In this document: piece by piece, positions 52,828 through 64,000 of the stretch | Numbering within the stretch: the stretch's first letter is position 1 | How the letters are laid out: each line of letters opens with the position of its first letter | From: Ostrea edulis | Lineage: Eukaryota | DNA: 64,000 nt | Assembly: GCF_947568905.1 (NCBI RefSeq) | Contig: NC_079166.1 | Span: forward strand, 18,104,001 to 18,168,000 | Direction of reading: 5' to 3' | Translations under genes and position numbers: made by a program | Notes under the pieces: model-generated | What the model was told of the DNA's origin: nothing | The model's input: the letters and a program-made list of their open reading frames with translations, nothing else | Databases searched by the model: none

Positions 52828-53433
52828 TTTGGGAAGGACTGCCAGTTATCCTGCAACTGTTCTAAACATCAGTGTAACCATGCAAAAGGATGTCAAAAAA
52901 GTAGTAAAACGTTTAGTTACAGAAATATATATCATTAAAACATGAACTTAGAGACAACCTGGAATGATGCTCATTATCTTGGAAACAGTCACTTCTTTAA
53001 GTTTCAGATTGTGGACCAGGCTATTTAGGTGAATTTTGTGACGTGAAATGCCAGTATCCAGGTTTTGGTACGGATTGTCAGGATAAATGTTTGTGTGGAC
53101 AGGAGATGTGTGATCCAGCAAATGGATGCCAAGGTCAATGGTTTTATAATTGCAAATATTTCTGTATGATAATGTGCTTAACAAAGAAATTTATACTTTA
53201 CAACTTACAAAATGAAAGAAAAAATCCTTTAAAAGTCAATAATCATAAATTATACAATTATGTGATGCAAGTTTGGAAGGTAGTACCATGGAAGTTGTAA
53301 CAACACCTGCTCCAACGTCCAGGATGACCCTTAAAATTTCCATATCACTAAGACATGATGCTGATGTTAAAAGACGTTTTTCTTCACGAGACACTTCACC
53401 CGTTCTATCTACCACTCCAGACATGCCAAAAGG
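52828..53433 (+). pseudogene. Copy L (3' half of exon 3, open exon 4 53008-53133, stalk exon); duplicate of E
   Basis: CGPGYLGEFCDVKCQYPGFGTDCQDKCLCGQEMCDPANGC. Downstream 53434-56140 matches 18724-21480. Confidence 0.75.
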
Positions 53434-56408
53434 TAACGAAAAGAGAATGCCCCATTCACACATATTGGCATATATTTTACTTCAGATCAGCCTAGTATTC
53501 AATCTAAATTACAGTAAGGGAAATTTACACCGTGCTTACTCAGAGATGCTGTATGACATGTTATGCCGTTCTGTACACACTGATTTTGACTACGTTTACC
53601 TGATCAAGATATAGGACTCACGGAGGGTATGACCAGTCGACAGGGGATGATTACTCCTCTTGGACACTCAAATAATCTTACTTGAATTTGTCGTTCTAAA
53701 ATAGAAGAAACAAACTGATGACAATACAGCCTTTTAATGTTTAGAAGATATAGGCTACATTTAAGTTGGTTTGTAAATCATTAACCTCACATTAATAAGC
53801 TTTTGTCTTTAGCAGGACATTGTTGCCGCTCTGTTAAAATGGAAGCACTGACATCTTTGTCATTTTTTTTTGTTTCTGTTTCCAATGTTCAATTATCTAT
53901 GCAAAATTAAAGTCCTAAATAATTTTCAAATAATTTAAGAAGTAAGATAGGAAAAATGTGCTGGCCAGACTTTTCATTGACTGAGATTGTAGAGATTAGA
54001 AAATATGAGAGGTATATTTACACCCACATATCTTTGAATTAAATGAAGTATTAGATGTTTTCAATATCAGATAATTTAATGTAAATTGATTATTATTTTT
54101 TGGGTCCACCAATGAAAACCCACAGTTGTAATAACTTTAGACTAGGTATCGAACTCTGCCTGTTAAAAAAGATTAACAACCAGGTATCGTTTTATAAGCT
54201 CCAGTATTCAGGTTAGATGTTTGAAGATAGTCCCTGTGTACGTTTGGAGTAGGTTTCGTAACATGGTGTATATAAAAAAGTAGTATACTGCAAGCTGCTG
54301 TTTTAATAGACTTAAAATGGCTAACTACACAATAAAATTGTAGTTTTAAAATCAGCGCAAAATATGAGTTTGACAATCATTCTTATTAAGACCATGTATC
54401 ACTTTTACATGATTATACATTTAAAATAATATACGAGGTCTCTTGAAACACAATGCAAACTTTAATCATGTAGCAGCTGAATTATATACAAGCAAGTAAT
54501 ATCAGGTGTGTCAACCCCTTCCACTTTTTTTAGAAAGGGTGTTTTCTTGTATATTTATACGGGAATAGTTCCCTTCCCCTTTTTTTGACAGAAAGGAGTT
54601 ATATAACAAAAAACTGCAATTAAAACTTAACATGGATAAGGGAGAATTACTGACACCCTTAATGTAGGAAATTCGTAGTCGATTCTTCTTATTCTGTCGT
54701 TTTCTTAGTTCGTCTGTCAACATTTTTGAAGGCCTACTCCCCTTCTGAAATAACTATACAACATGTACAATCTATGCTGTCAGTATCCACACGTGTTTTA
54801 AAATGTGACATTATTCATTTCTCTAATTTCGTACCTACGTCTCTGTATCCATCGCTTGCATGACATCTACTAGGAATCTACACAAACTGCTAGGCAGGGT
54901 TTTCCCCAGTGCTGTGTGCGTAGCCGATTGAAAAACAACACACCAAATTACATATTAACCCTGAGTCGTTGTTACGACTGTGTAAGTTCCAAACGTTGTT
55001 GTACCCGGAAGAGGTAAAAGAGAAAGTGAACCAAACAAGACTTACAGACCTTATTCCCCTTTCCTTATAGCAGTTATAAAATTTTTCACTGTTCGTTATC
55101 TTCCCACTTTTTCAGAATTGTACAGCCTTAAAAATACAATATTCACTTCGTCCCTCGATCTCGATGAATATAGTGCATTTTAGATAGCCAAATCCCTGAA
55201 CTGACATTAAAATTTCAGTAGTTGTATAGTGCGTGTATGTATTAGCTATATTATATTACTACAAATATCGATGTGTCAAAGTTAAGCTACATTCTAATTC
55301 ACTTGGCGTTTATAGAAACGGTTTGATGAATTAGATTTGAATTTATCTTGCACTATACTCCGTATAAACAATTTACAGATCTTATCTGAGTTGTCATAAA
55401 ATCTCATACGCAAAAAAGTCGTTGTGTAAAGGAATCTTGAATAAGAGACATATTTATTTTGAAATAATGTTCCCCAAAGGGATGGAATTTATACTCTCTA
55501 ACGTTAACCAACCTTCAATCATACGTCAGAAAAAACCATCAGGGGCACCTTTGTTGTGTTCACTTACAAATATAACTGAAAGAAGAGTTACGACCGGCGA
55601 TACGATAATAAATATAGCCGCGAATCATATCACTAAGTCTCAAAATTAATTCTTCTTAGTTTAAACGATACACACAAAAGGACAGACATATTTGGGGTAT
55701 TCCCGCAGCTATAAATTAGTCTTTATAGAATGAAAATTGAAAATAACGAATAGTGATCATTCTTACAAATTCTATAAAAATACAATATTAAAAGGGCAAA
55801 GACAGACCCCTGGAAAACAAGAGGAGGGTTCAGGTGCTTAGCAGGAATAAGCATTCCTTGTTGATCGGTCACACCCGCCTTCAGTCCTTTAACCCAATAT
55901 TGTAAACGTAGTAATCCGTAGTTAAAATGGGTATGTAAAGAACGGCATAACAATTGGTATGAAACATGTCTTACAAACCTAACAACCGGGGTGGTATTTT
56001 GAAATTACATCACTATAACTAACATGGAATTTGCAAGAAACTCCTGTAACATCAACTTGTTTATCAGTAGCTTGCTTTCATTTAAAAACTATCATACGCA
56101 GAACATGCTCTGGTGTATCAAATTAATTCTGAAACATAATGTTGATTAGCTGCAATAATGTAGCCCAATCCAATTTTTTTTTATTCTGACGTTTTCGGGA
56201 TAGGGCTACAATTCCATAGGATCTCCGTAATGGTGCAAAATAATTCTATGAATAACCGATAATAAACTCTGTGTATTAATCCCAAATGTTGTTTACACCA
56301 AAAGGAGTACCAACTTTGTGCTCGGGCATGTCTAATAAAGGTGTTTTTCATTAAATATAATGTACAGCATGCAAAATTCTTCGTCTGCTCCGCCATGCTT
56401 GTTATCGC

Positions 56409-56724
56409 GTTAGTTCCCGAGGATCTCTACAGCCCAGTAGCTTAGTACTTCGTTACTAGCTTGAAAATACGGATGTATATTTAATTGCTGTTATAAAATT
56501 TAGAAATTCATTTCAAAATTAAGGATTATCTCCCTCGTGCATAGCTCTTATCCTTGGACGAATTTGGCTCCACTTTTTTAACACGCTGTTTTTGGCTATA
56601 TTTAGCTCCAAAACTTCATAGTTATTTTGGATTTCAAACATTTCGGTTGAGCATCACTGAAGAGACATTATTTGTCGAAATGCGCATTTGGTGCATCAAA
56701 ATTGTTACCGTATACGTTTTACAT
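56409..56724 (+). mobile_element. Retrozyme-like element copy 4
   Basis: Matches ~16355-16669 of copy 2. Confidence 0.85.
56651..56694 (+). ncRNA. Minimal type I hammerhead ribozyme, intact core, AUU triplet
   Basis: GCATCA-CTGAAGA-GACA ttatt TGTC-GAA-ATGCGCAT-T-TGGTGC. Confidence 0.8.
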
Positions 56725-56949
56725 GATGCTCACTGATTATCTTGAAAACGGTTACTTATTTACGTTTTAGATTGCACGCCAGGTTATGTATTTGACTAGT
56801 GAAGTTAATCCAATTTTTTCTCTATCATACACGTACTAATTGAACCTACGTATAATCTCAACAATCTCGTTTAAAGTCAACATTTCGCAAATTCTATTAT
56901 CGTTATAAGGATGGAGTTTGCCAATATAACATATCATTGGGTAAAATGA

Positions 56950-57190
56950 TGTCTGACGTGTTTCAAACCGATTGTTAGGCCGTTCTTGGCACACTGATTT
57001 TGACAACGGATAGCTCCGTTTACCTGATCAAGATATGGGGCTCACGGCGGGTGTGACCGGTCAACAGGGGATGATTACTCCTCCTAGGCACCTGATCCCA
57101 CCTCTGGTGTGTCCAGGGGCCCGTGTTTGCCCAACTCTCTATTTTGTATTGCTTATAGGATTTGAGATTGAGTTTGCTATCTTCACCTTT
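56950..57190 (+). mobile_element. Naiad-type 3' end repeat (representative of >20 dispersed copies in the window)
   Basis: tctgacgtgtttca...gggctcacggcgggtgtgaccggtc...cctaggcacctgatcccacctctggtgtgtccagggg...ctatcttcacctttcat. Others at about 12830, 15280(-), 16000(-), 18880, 21060(-), 27390, 30430, 34080, 36830, 37290, 48476(-), 51130(-), 52260, 55730(-), 61790. Confidence 0.85.
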
Positions 57191-57585
57191 CATAGCCCTT
57201 TGCAGTAGTGATACTTTTAACTATTGCTCAGGTTACTACGGAAGCATATTAGGGCCGCAGCAGTATCTTTTTTTAGTTTGTTATAACAAATTAGTAATTT
57301 GTTATAACAGATTATTAATTTGTTATAACAGATTACTAATCTGTTATAACAGATTACTAATCTGTTATAACAAATTACTAATCTGTTATAACAAATTATC
57401 AATCTGTTATAACAAATTATCAATTTGTTATTTCAAATTGCTAATTTGTTATAACATATTATCAATTCGTTATTTCAAGTTACTAAATTGCTATTTCAAA
57501 TCATTAATTTAACAAGAGGCCCACATGCTTTATTGGTAACCTGAACAATAGTTAAAAGTATCACTACTGCAAAGGGCTATGAAAT
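57187..57585. repeat. 21-bp tandem array (ttataacagattactaatctg) inside ~49-bp inverted repeats
   Basis: tttcatagccctttgcagtagtgatacttttaactattg(c/t)tcaggttac occurs inverted at both ends with one mismatch. The array explains the LICYNRL ORF repeats. Confidence 0.85.
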
Positions 57586-59089
57586 CAATACTAATTTTCC
57601 TGGTTGCATATCTAAGCTACATATATGTAATTTCTATTCATATTATATTTAGATTTTGCAGATTAGCTCAGACTCAGGCGATCTTTAAGGCCCATGAACC
57701 TTTTGTTTTGCTTTATTTCCACTTTAGTTACAACTGTGAATAATTGTAACTTAAAAAGCCTTCTAATACATGGTGTTAGATCTGATATTGAGCACATGAC
57801 TTTCAGTTTGCAGGAAACCCATTTTGAAAATGTATGCATGTTCTTGATTGAAAAGTTGTTGTACCGGTGGTATTTCACATGTTTTCTTTAAACATATTTA
57901 TGAATATAAATATACCTCCCCTTCCCAGAAAGGGGACATATTGTTTTAGTATGAATTCTTCTTCATCTTCTTCCGATTCTCATACTAAGTTTGTCCGGGT
58001 CATAGCTTTTTTGTCTTTTGACATAGACCTTTGATATGTGGAGACTATGGAGAGAAAATTCACGATTGTCTATTATAATGTCTTGTCGTTGATATTGATA
58101 ATCTGTTATAACAAACTAAAAAAAGGTACTGCTGTGGCCCTAATATGCTTCCGTAACTATTCGATATCTTCAGCTTTTTCTGACCTTAAAAAAGGAGGTC
58201 CTGTGTCACAACAGGTGTTGACACGTTAAAAAAAATCAATGTTATAGCCTTAAGTGCTAAGCATAGGTTTTATATGTGGTACTTCACATAGAACTGATGA
58301 TTTCTCAATTTGAGAGAAAAGTTCTCGAAAGGACGTAAAATAAACAAACAAAACATGAAAAACTTTTGAAGTCAAAATACTTCTCTCTCTCTCTCTCATA
58401 AATATAGCATGCCTCAAACAGACCATCTCTCATACACATATTCACACACACTCTCACTCACCACTATCAGGCTTCGCCACAAAAAAATCGTCAATGTGCT
58501 CGGTACTGTACAACTGAGCGATACAAAGCTGGTACACCTCAACACTTGGTTTGAGTAATTTTGTGTCATTGTATCCACTTTTGCCCAAAGAAACCCTCTT
58601 AAAAGTTGTAAAATACAAAAATCATTCGAAAGGTTATACAAGAGAAATAAAACTTAAAGACTTGCTAACCAACCCCTGCCCCTTGATAAAAGAAAACCAT
58701 TCAAATATAAACTGCATTTTCTCATTATGCAAGTAGATACATACATCGTATATTTATCTCGAATGGAGAAAAAACAAATTTTGACGAAATGCTCAATACT
58801 GCGAGTCTCAATATTATATTTGTATATATCCATATGTTGTGTATTCGCTTTGTGTAGGCCTAATCCCCTCCCCCGGACTGCATTTTATAGTAGTAGAGAA
58901 AGATAGATGAAATGTAATTGTAAGTGATACATTGGATACATGTCATTAACCCACATCATTGACCAATGATACCAAAATCCCTATTTTTGTGTTTGTTAAT
59001 GTTTTCGAGAAGTCAACCCCCTCCCCTTTTTTTGTTGTTGAAAAAACGATATATGCGCCTCTAATCTTGTAAATTGAAATACATATCGT

Positions 59090-59440
59090 AATGCAAGTAA
59101 CACATATGGAGCAAATTAGTGTTCGTACAAAGACCTATGAAGATCGAAGGTTTGATGTAACAGCTGCCACACTATGGAACAGTTTATCGATAGACACCCG
59201 TTCGTGTGGCACTGTCAAAAGTTTTAAGACAAACCTCAAAACATATCTTTTTATGAAATCTTATAACCATATTTTGTAATATATCATTTTTTAAAGTAAA
59301 GGCTGGTTTGTCGCATGAACTCGTAATGTTTAAATTGTTTTATTTTATTGGATGTTATATTTTATGCTCTGATTAATCTTATCATGTTTTACAGTTTACA
59401 TATTGTTAAAGCGCTTAGAGTAATTACAAATTATACAAAT
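59090..59440 (+). mobile_element. 3' end of an L2/CR1-group LINE
   Basis: VRTKTYEDRRFDVTAATLWNSLSIDTRSCGTVKSFKTNLKTYLF resembles the ORF2 C-terminus, followed by a gttaaagcgcttagag tail. Confidence 0.7.
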
Positions 59441-59581
59441 GCCGCACATTATCATTATTTATCTTTCAGGCACCTCAAGCATACCATTTAAAAATAATTT
59501 TAATGAGTAACATATATTCCTTCTAGGACTAATGCAAGTAAAAAGTGCCTTGCAAGAAATGTATATTAATCCTTATCTTAG

Positions 59582-59990
59582 TGTAACAGAAACATTTTTA
59601 TGCCTCTGATGGGATTTGAACCCGGGTCTCTGGCACTGAATTCCAGCACTCTACCAATCGAGCTAAAGGGTTAACCCTCTAGCCAGAGCTAGTAGGAATG
59701 CCATATCACTCACACTACCACATTGTCCCCCTCCTTTTTAAGAGTCGTCCCTGACTCTTCCGGAGTGCCAACACCTGTGAGGCGAAGTACTGAAGACAAT
59801 ATCTCTCACCCGCCAGAGATAACCCAGGTCCCAACGTGGGCGCCATTTTGTAACAGGGTGTTGATTGAGAATAGTTAATGACGATCAACTCCTGTTGATT
59901 TTCTGAACAAGGCGTTTATTCAGCAAAGTATATATTAAGTTGCTTGAAAATAAAGCCCTGTAACAATTGTATAACAATAATCAAACATTT
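59582..59990 (-). mobile_element. Miniature LTR-like element: LTR end (…tgttaca), PBS TGGCGCCCA (59845-59837), PPT (59739-59726), TGT-starting LTR with tRNA-like A/B boxes
   Basis: Minus strand: AATAAA…tgttaca-aaa-tggcgcccacg; aaaaaggaggggga-caa-TGTGG; TAGCTCGATTGG and GGTTCAAATCC within 59608-59675. Confidence 0.55.
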
Positions 59991-62609
59991 GTATAAATCA
60001 TAAAATACAATATTGCTATCATTAATTGTATATCAATTAGTCTGTAATAGTAATATTGTACATATCCTCCAATTTCCATCCGTATCAAATTTCGCTGGTG
60101 CAGCATACCTCCTTAATGTCCCACTCGAGTTTGTTTCACTCATATGATTTCAAATTTACTTTATTAATCAAAAATACAGTATTAGTTGAAACAAATCTGA
60201 AACAAATTTTAAATCCCTAATAGATTCGAACCCGTGTTCCACAGTTCAGCAGTCGGCATGCTAGCCTACTTCGCTACTCGGCTAGGTGATGCATTTTGAA
60301 TCGAATATCCAAATATTGCTGATATCTATATTTTCTTCCATGTTTTAAAAGAAAGTCAGCCAATTTGGCGATATAGAGTACCTCCTTAAACAATATTCAC
60401 CCAACAGAGTATAGGGAGGATATAAAACTTAACACGAATATGCAAAATTAGCTAGAAGCATTTCAGCTTATTGCAGTAAATGAGGTAAAGAATTAACTTC
60501 ACACGCATCAAGATAATGTCTTTATTAAGGCACAGTTTGGGGTCAGCTTCAAATTAGGCCAACAAAAACAGCATAATATGATGTTTAAAGTTGACAAGAT
60601 TTTAAGCCAAACCATCATAAAGATATATTCCCTGCTGAAATTATAACACAAGAAATTCTTAATGCATTTACCTAAATGTAAATTTATAATAATAAAGATC
60701 TTATGTAGCAACTATTGTAAATGATCATACAATACTTCGATGCAATTTAAACAAATATTTATTCCATTGTAACATCATCGATCGTCCTCTGTGTACTTGT
60801 GGAAAAACTGAAGATCGGGTTAAAAAAACAAATATTGTCAATTCTAAATGTATACTTTTGTCTATTTAACTCGTAGAGAGAATTGTATGTTAAGATTTGA
60901 TTCATTATTTACTTTATAGTAAAACCAAATGTCGGTAAACGATCGATATACGTTTCTACAAAGTTCTCCCATGCATGTATCATTTTCCTTGATGAACAGA
61001 ATATATCTTAGTTTTCCAGAAATTCATATCTTTGTTCTTTAAATGAGCAATTTCAACTAAGATTTAAGGTGTTCGACCTTGTGCACAAATAATGGAGAAA
61101 ATTAGTGCTTATGGAAAATTAGCATGATTAACTCTACACAATGAGTCCTGTAAAATCTTATTTACATGTCTAATTGAATATCAATGAACTAAGTATTATG
61201 TAAAAGTATTTTACAGTTATAAATCGAATTGCCTGATGAGACAGCAAAATTGTTTAATCTATATATTCAACAAAGAGCAATTAAAGTTTTCCGTAGTAAT
61301 TGTTTTACACAAGAGATCCGCATGCTCCATCTCACAATCAACTAATTGCGGATTGTGAAATTTATCATGGCCTGAAATTCTACAGCATGTGGTTAGATTT
61401 TTCGAATTTCTTCATTACAAATGTTCTCCAAAACACACACACAAAATTATCTATTGTAGTTATTTAATTCAATTTACAAGTGAAAGATTCGGAAAGTTCC
61501 CAGTTGTTTCTACACTGAAATAAAATGAATGCACTGTTGAACTCATAAACAAACTTCTTGTATTCATGAAGTGGAAAATGAATGTGGTGATTCGCGCTAA
61601 TTTCACTTCAATTACTGCTATTTGATGCTACCACAAAGTGATTGTCACTGTTTTCAATGTTGATCAATTCATTCCACTTTGATTTGAACTATGCACGCAA
61701 CTTACATATAATTATCGGAATATTATAACTAGTGATTCTTAATATGTTGCTGGAGGAAACTCGTTGCTTTGCATAATGTGTACAATATCAAAGATATAGG
61801 GCTCACGGCGGGTGTGACCGATCGACAGGAGATGCTTACTCCTCCTAGGCACTGTTCACATCTCTCTGGTATATCCAGGGGTCCGTGTTTGCCCGACTAC
61901 CTATTTTGCATTGCTTATAGGAGTTATGAGATTGATCACTGTTCGTTATCGTCGCATTTCATTCATAAGATGACATATCAATACTTGGAAAATGTGAGTA
62001 CGGTAGACCAACCGTCATTCCTTTAAAGGAAAACAATAGGACGTAGAAATTGTTTGAAAAATATCGAATATTGATAGGGAAGTTTGACAAAATTTCAACG
62101 GAAGTTAGGTCTATCAATTGCTCTTCAAAACCATAAATTCCTGTTTACACTAGAGCTAAGTACGGCTGTGTGTGTAGGTTATCGTCCGCGCACCTGTTTA
62201 GACAACACAGTTTGAATTTAGGGAACTGTTGGAATAAATATAATCTATTATGAAGAGGCATCTCCTCATTCCGGCTTATTGCATAATTAGTAGAAACAAA
62301 CATTTGTTTCCAATGTGCTAATTACTTCCATGATATTCACATTGCAGATTAATATTCCAACTAAGATTTGTTTTGAGCAGCGTATCATGGAATACTGTAC
62401 CTGTTACTCGCCATCATTTGTTGCATTATGAACGTCCAGATTCTGTTTTTGACTGTTTCCGTTGGTTACATTCGTGGTGAGTAAAATGTTTAATTGCATA
62501 AATATGTGTTATCATGTCTTGTGTTATAATCCATTCGAAAATAAGCATTACTAATGGTTGAATGGTCTTTGTGTGTGTAAATGATACCTTTCCTTTTGCA
62601 TTGTCGCCC

Positions 62610-62900
62610 CGTAAGTTGAAGGTCGGGGTTCAAATCCCGGCCGTGAAAAACCTAAGTCATTAAAACAGTTAGTGACCGTTCCATCGCCAAATGCTCGGCA
62701 TCAGGGGTCCTCTGAGATAATCTTAAAAACGGATATACCGTGTTACAATAGATGTGGCACACTAAAGAACCCTCACTGCTCAATGGTCATAAGCGCCGAT
62801 CATAGGCCAAAATTTAAAGCCCTTCACAGGTTTTGGTGACGTCTCCATATGATTGAAAAATTCTCGAGAGAGACGTTAAGCAAGATCCAATCAATCAATC
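62610..62900 (+). mobile_element. tRNA-head SINE with Meta/RUDI-like domain
   Basis: B box ggttcaaatccc, gtggcacactaaagaaccctcactgctcaatgg, (caat)n tail. Absent from the paralogous site at ~2590. Confidence 0.7.
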
Positions 62901-63544
62901 CCTTTGTTTTGTATGTTGTTTTACGTTCGTTTCGAGAATATTGTGTTCAACTCTCAAGGAAAATCATTAGTTTTATCCTCTTCATGACCGTATCAATAAG
63001 GGTGCTTTATCGTTCCAAGTTCTAATATTAAACGGGAACTGTTTCCAAATTTATTTCGGGAATACACATTGCTTTTGCTACTGGCGATGGAAACTTGGCG
63101 AAAGAACAGTCACTATATTTTTTACACGTCTAATGATGGGATCGAGGATCCCAGATAGAAAGTGAGTGCCATAACCAGAGAACCTTAAACGGGATCACAT
63201 ATTAGTTGATAAGAATTGTTATCTGCATTTACCATGTTTTTGTATTTTATTATGATTCCTTATTTTCTATTATCATTTTACCAGGCTTTTCCTTAAGTTA
63301 CATTTTCTCTGATTTGTAAACGAGATATAGTTTAATGTTTCAGTTTAAATTTGGTCACATTTAGTGTGCAGACAGTTTTTTAACAATATTAAGGTTCCAA
63401 ACATTTTAGAAATATACCCGTGTCTAAATTAAAACATGCACGTGATGTTTTACAGGGAAAAACTATTTTTCAAGTGCAATGTTCTATAGGTATGTAAGTA
63501 CAATTCGCTCATTTAGTCTACTCTTACATTCCCTGAAACGTTCT

Positions 63545-63670
63545 TCTTTCCCACTTGAACGGTGAACGCACAGTGAACGAACGGAGAACGCACGGTCAGC
63601 AAACGGTGAACGAACGCAGAACGAACGGTTAACGTAATTTGGTGAACGGTGAGCGAACGCAGAGCGCAAA
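63545..63670. repeat. Degenerate gaacg-rich minisatellite
   Basis: Repeated gtgaacg/gaacgca/aacgg units. Confidence 0.6.
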
Positions 63671-64000
63671 TAAAATACATATACATGTATATTTCATCAA
63701 TTTCATCAATTAATAAAAAAGTTAAATAAACCGGAATCGTGATACAGCATATTTTACAGTTCTGGATATATTCAATGTAATACATTTTTATACAAGTACC
63801 GAGTATACATGTATATATTTCATGAAATTATCGCAAATTATACATTAATACATGCAACAGTCATACACAAACAAAAGCAAATTTCGTATATACATTGTGT
63901 ATACTATTACATGTACAGATACATTTAATGCATGGGTATAATATATAAACAATGCACGTGAAAAGGAAACCACTATAGTCTACATTTGTAGTGACAACCA

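Noticed and set aside
57236-57510. CRISPR-like array
   Set aside because: Head-to-tail repeats with no unique spacers, no cas genes, eukaryotic context.
57162-57512. LICYNRL repeat protein
   Set aside because: Translation artefact of the 21-bp tandem array.

Overview
AT-rich eukaryotic DNA. The repeat content and gene type point to a bivalve mollusc, probably an oyster (inference). The window is dominated by a tandem array of about 12 copies of one small six-exon gene on the + strand, which the ORF track misses because the gene is spliced. Each copy encodes a signal peptide, a short CC..W..C module, two 8-Cys EGF-like modules (MEGF10/CED-1/SCARF-like), a Ser/Thr-rich stalk, one TM helix and a short tail ending NSAV. 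By manual splicing, gene A (5087-8309, 247 aa) and gene G (29036-33037, 270 aa) are intact. Gene H (38646-41526) is intact except for a decayed, skippable exon 4. The other copies are pseudogenes. The array grew by nested segmental duplication, roughly 5-22 kb versus 38-56 kb. Interspersed elements: four copies of a non-coding ~350-nt retrozyme-like element with a minimal type I hammerhead ribozyme (palindromic helix III); two 5'-truncated Naiad-type Penelope-like RT copies and many copies of their 3' end; a decayed Crypton tyrosine recombinase; an EnSpm-like element; SINE, LINE and MITE fragments; and a miniature LTR-like element with a tRNA-like promoter. An ISRE-like plus C/EBP-like motif recurs just upstream of exon 1 in most copies. 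All of this is from reading by eye: no database searches were run, and repeat boundaries are approximate.
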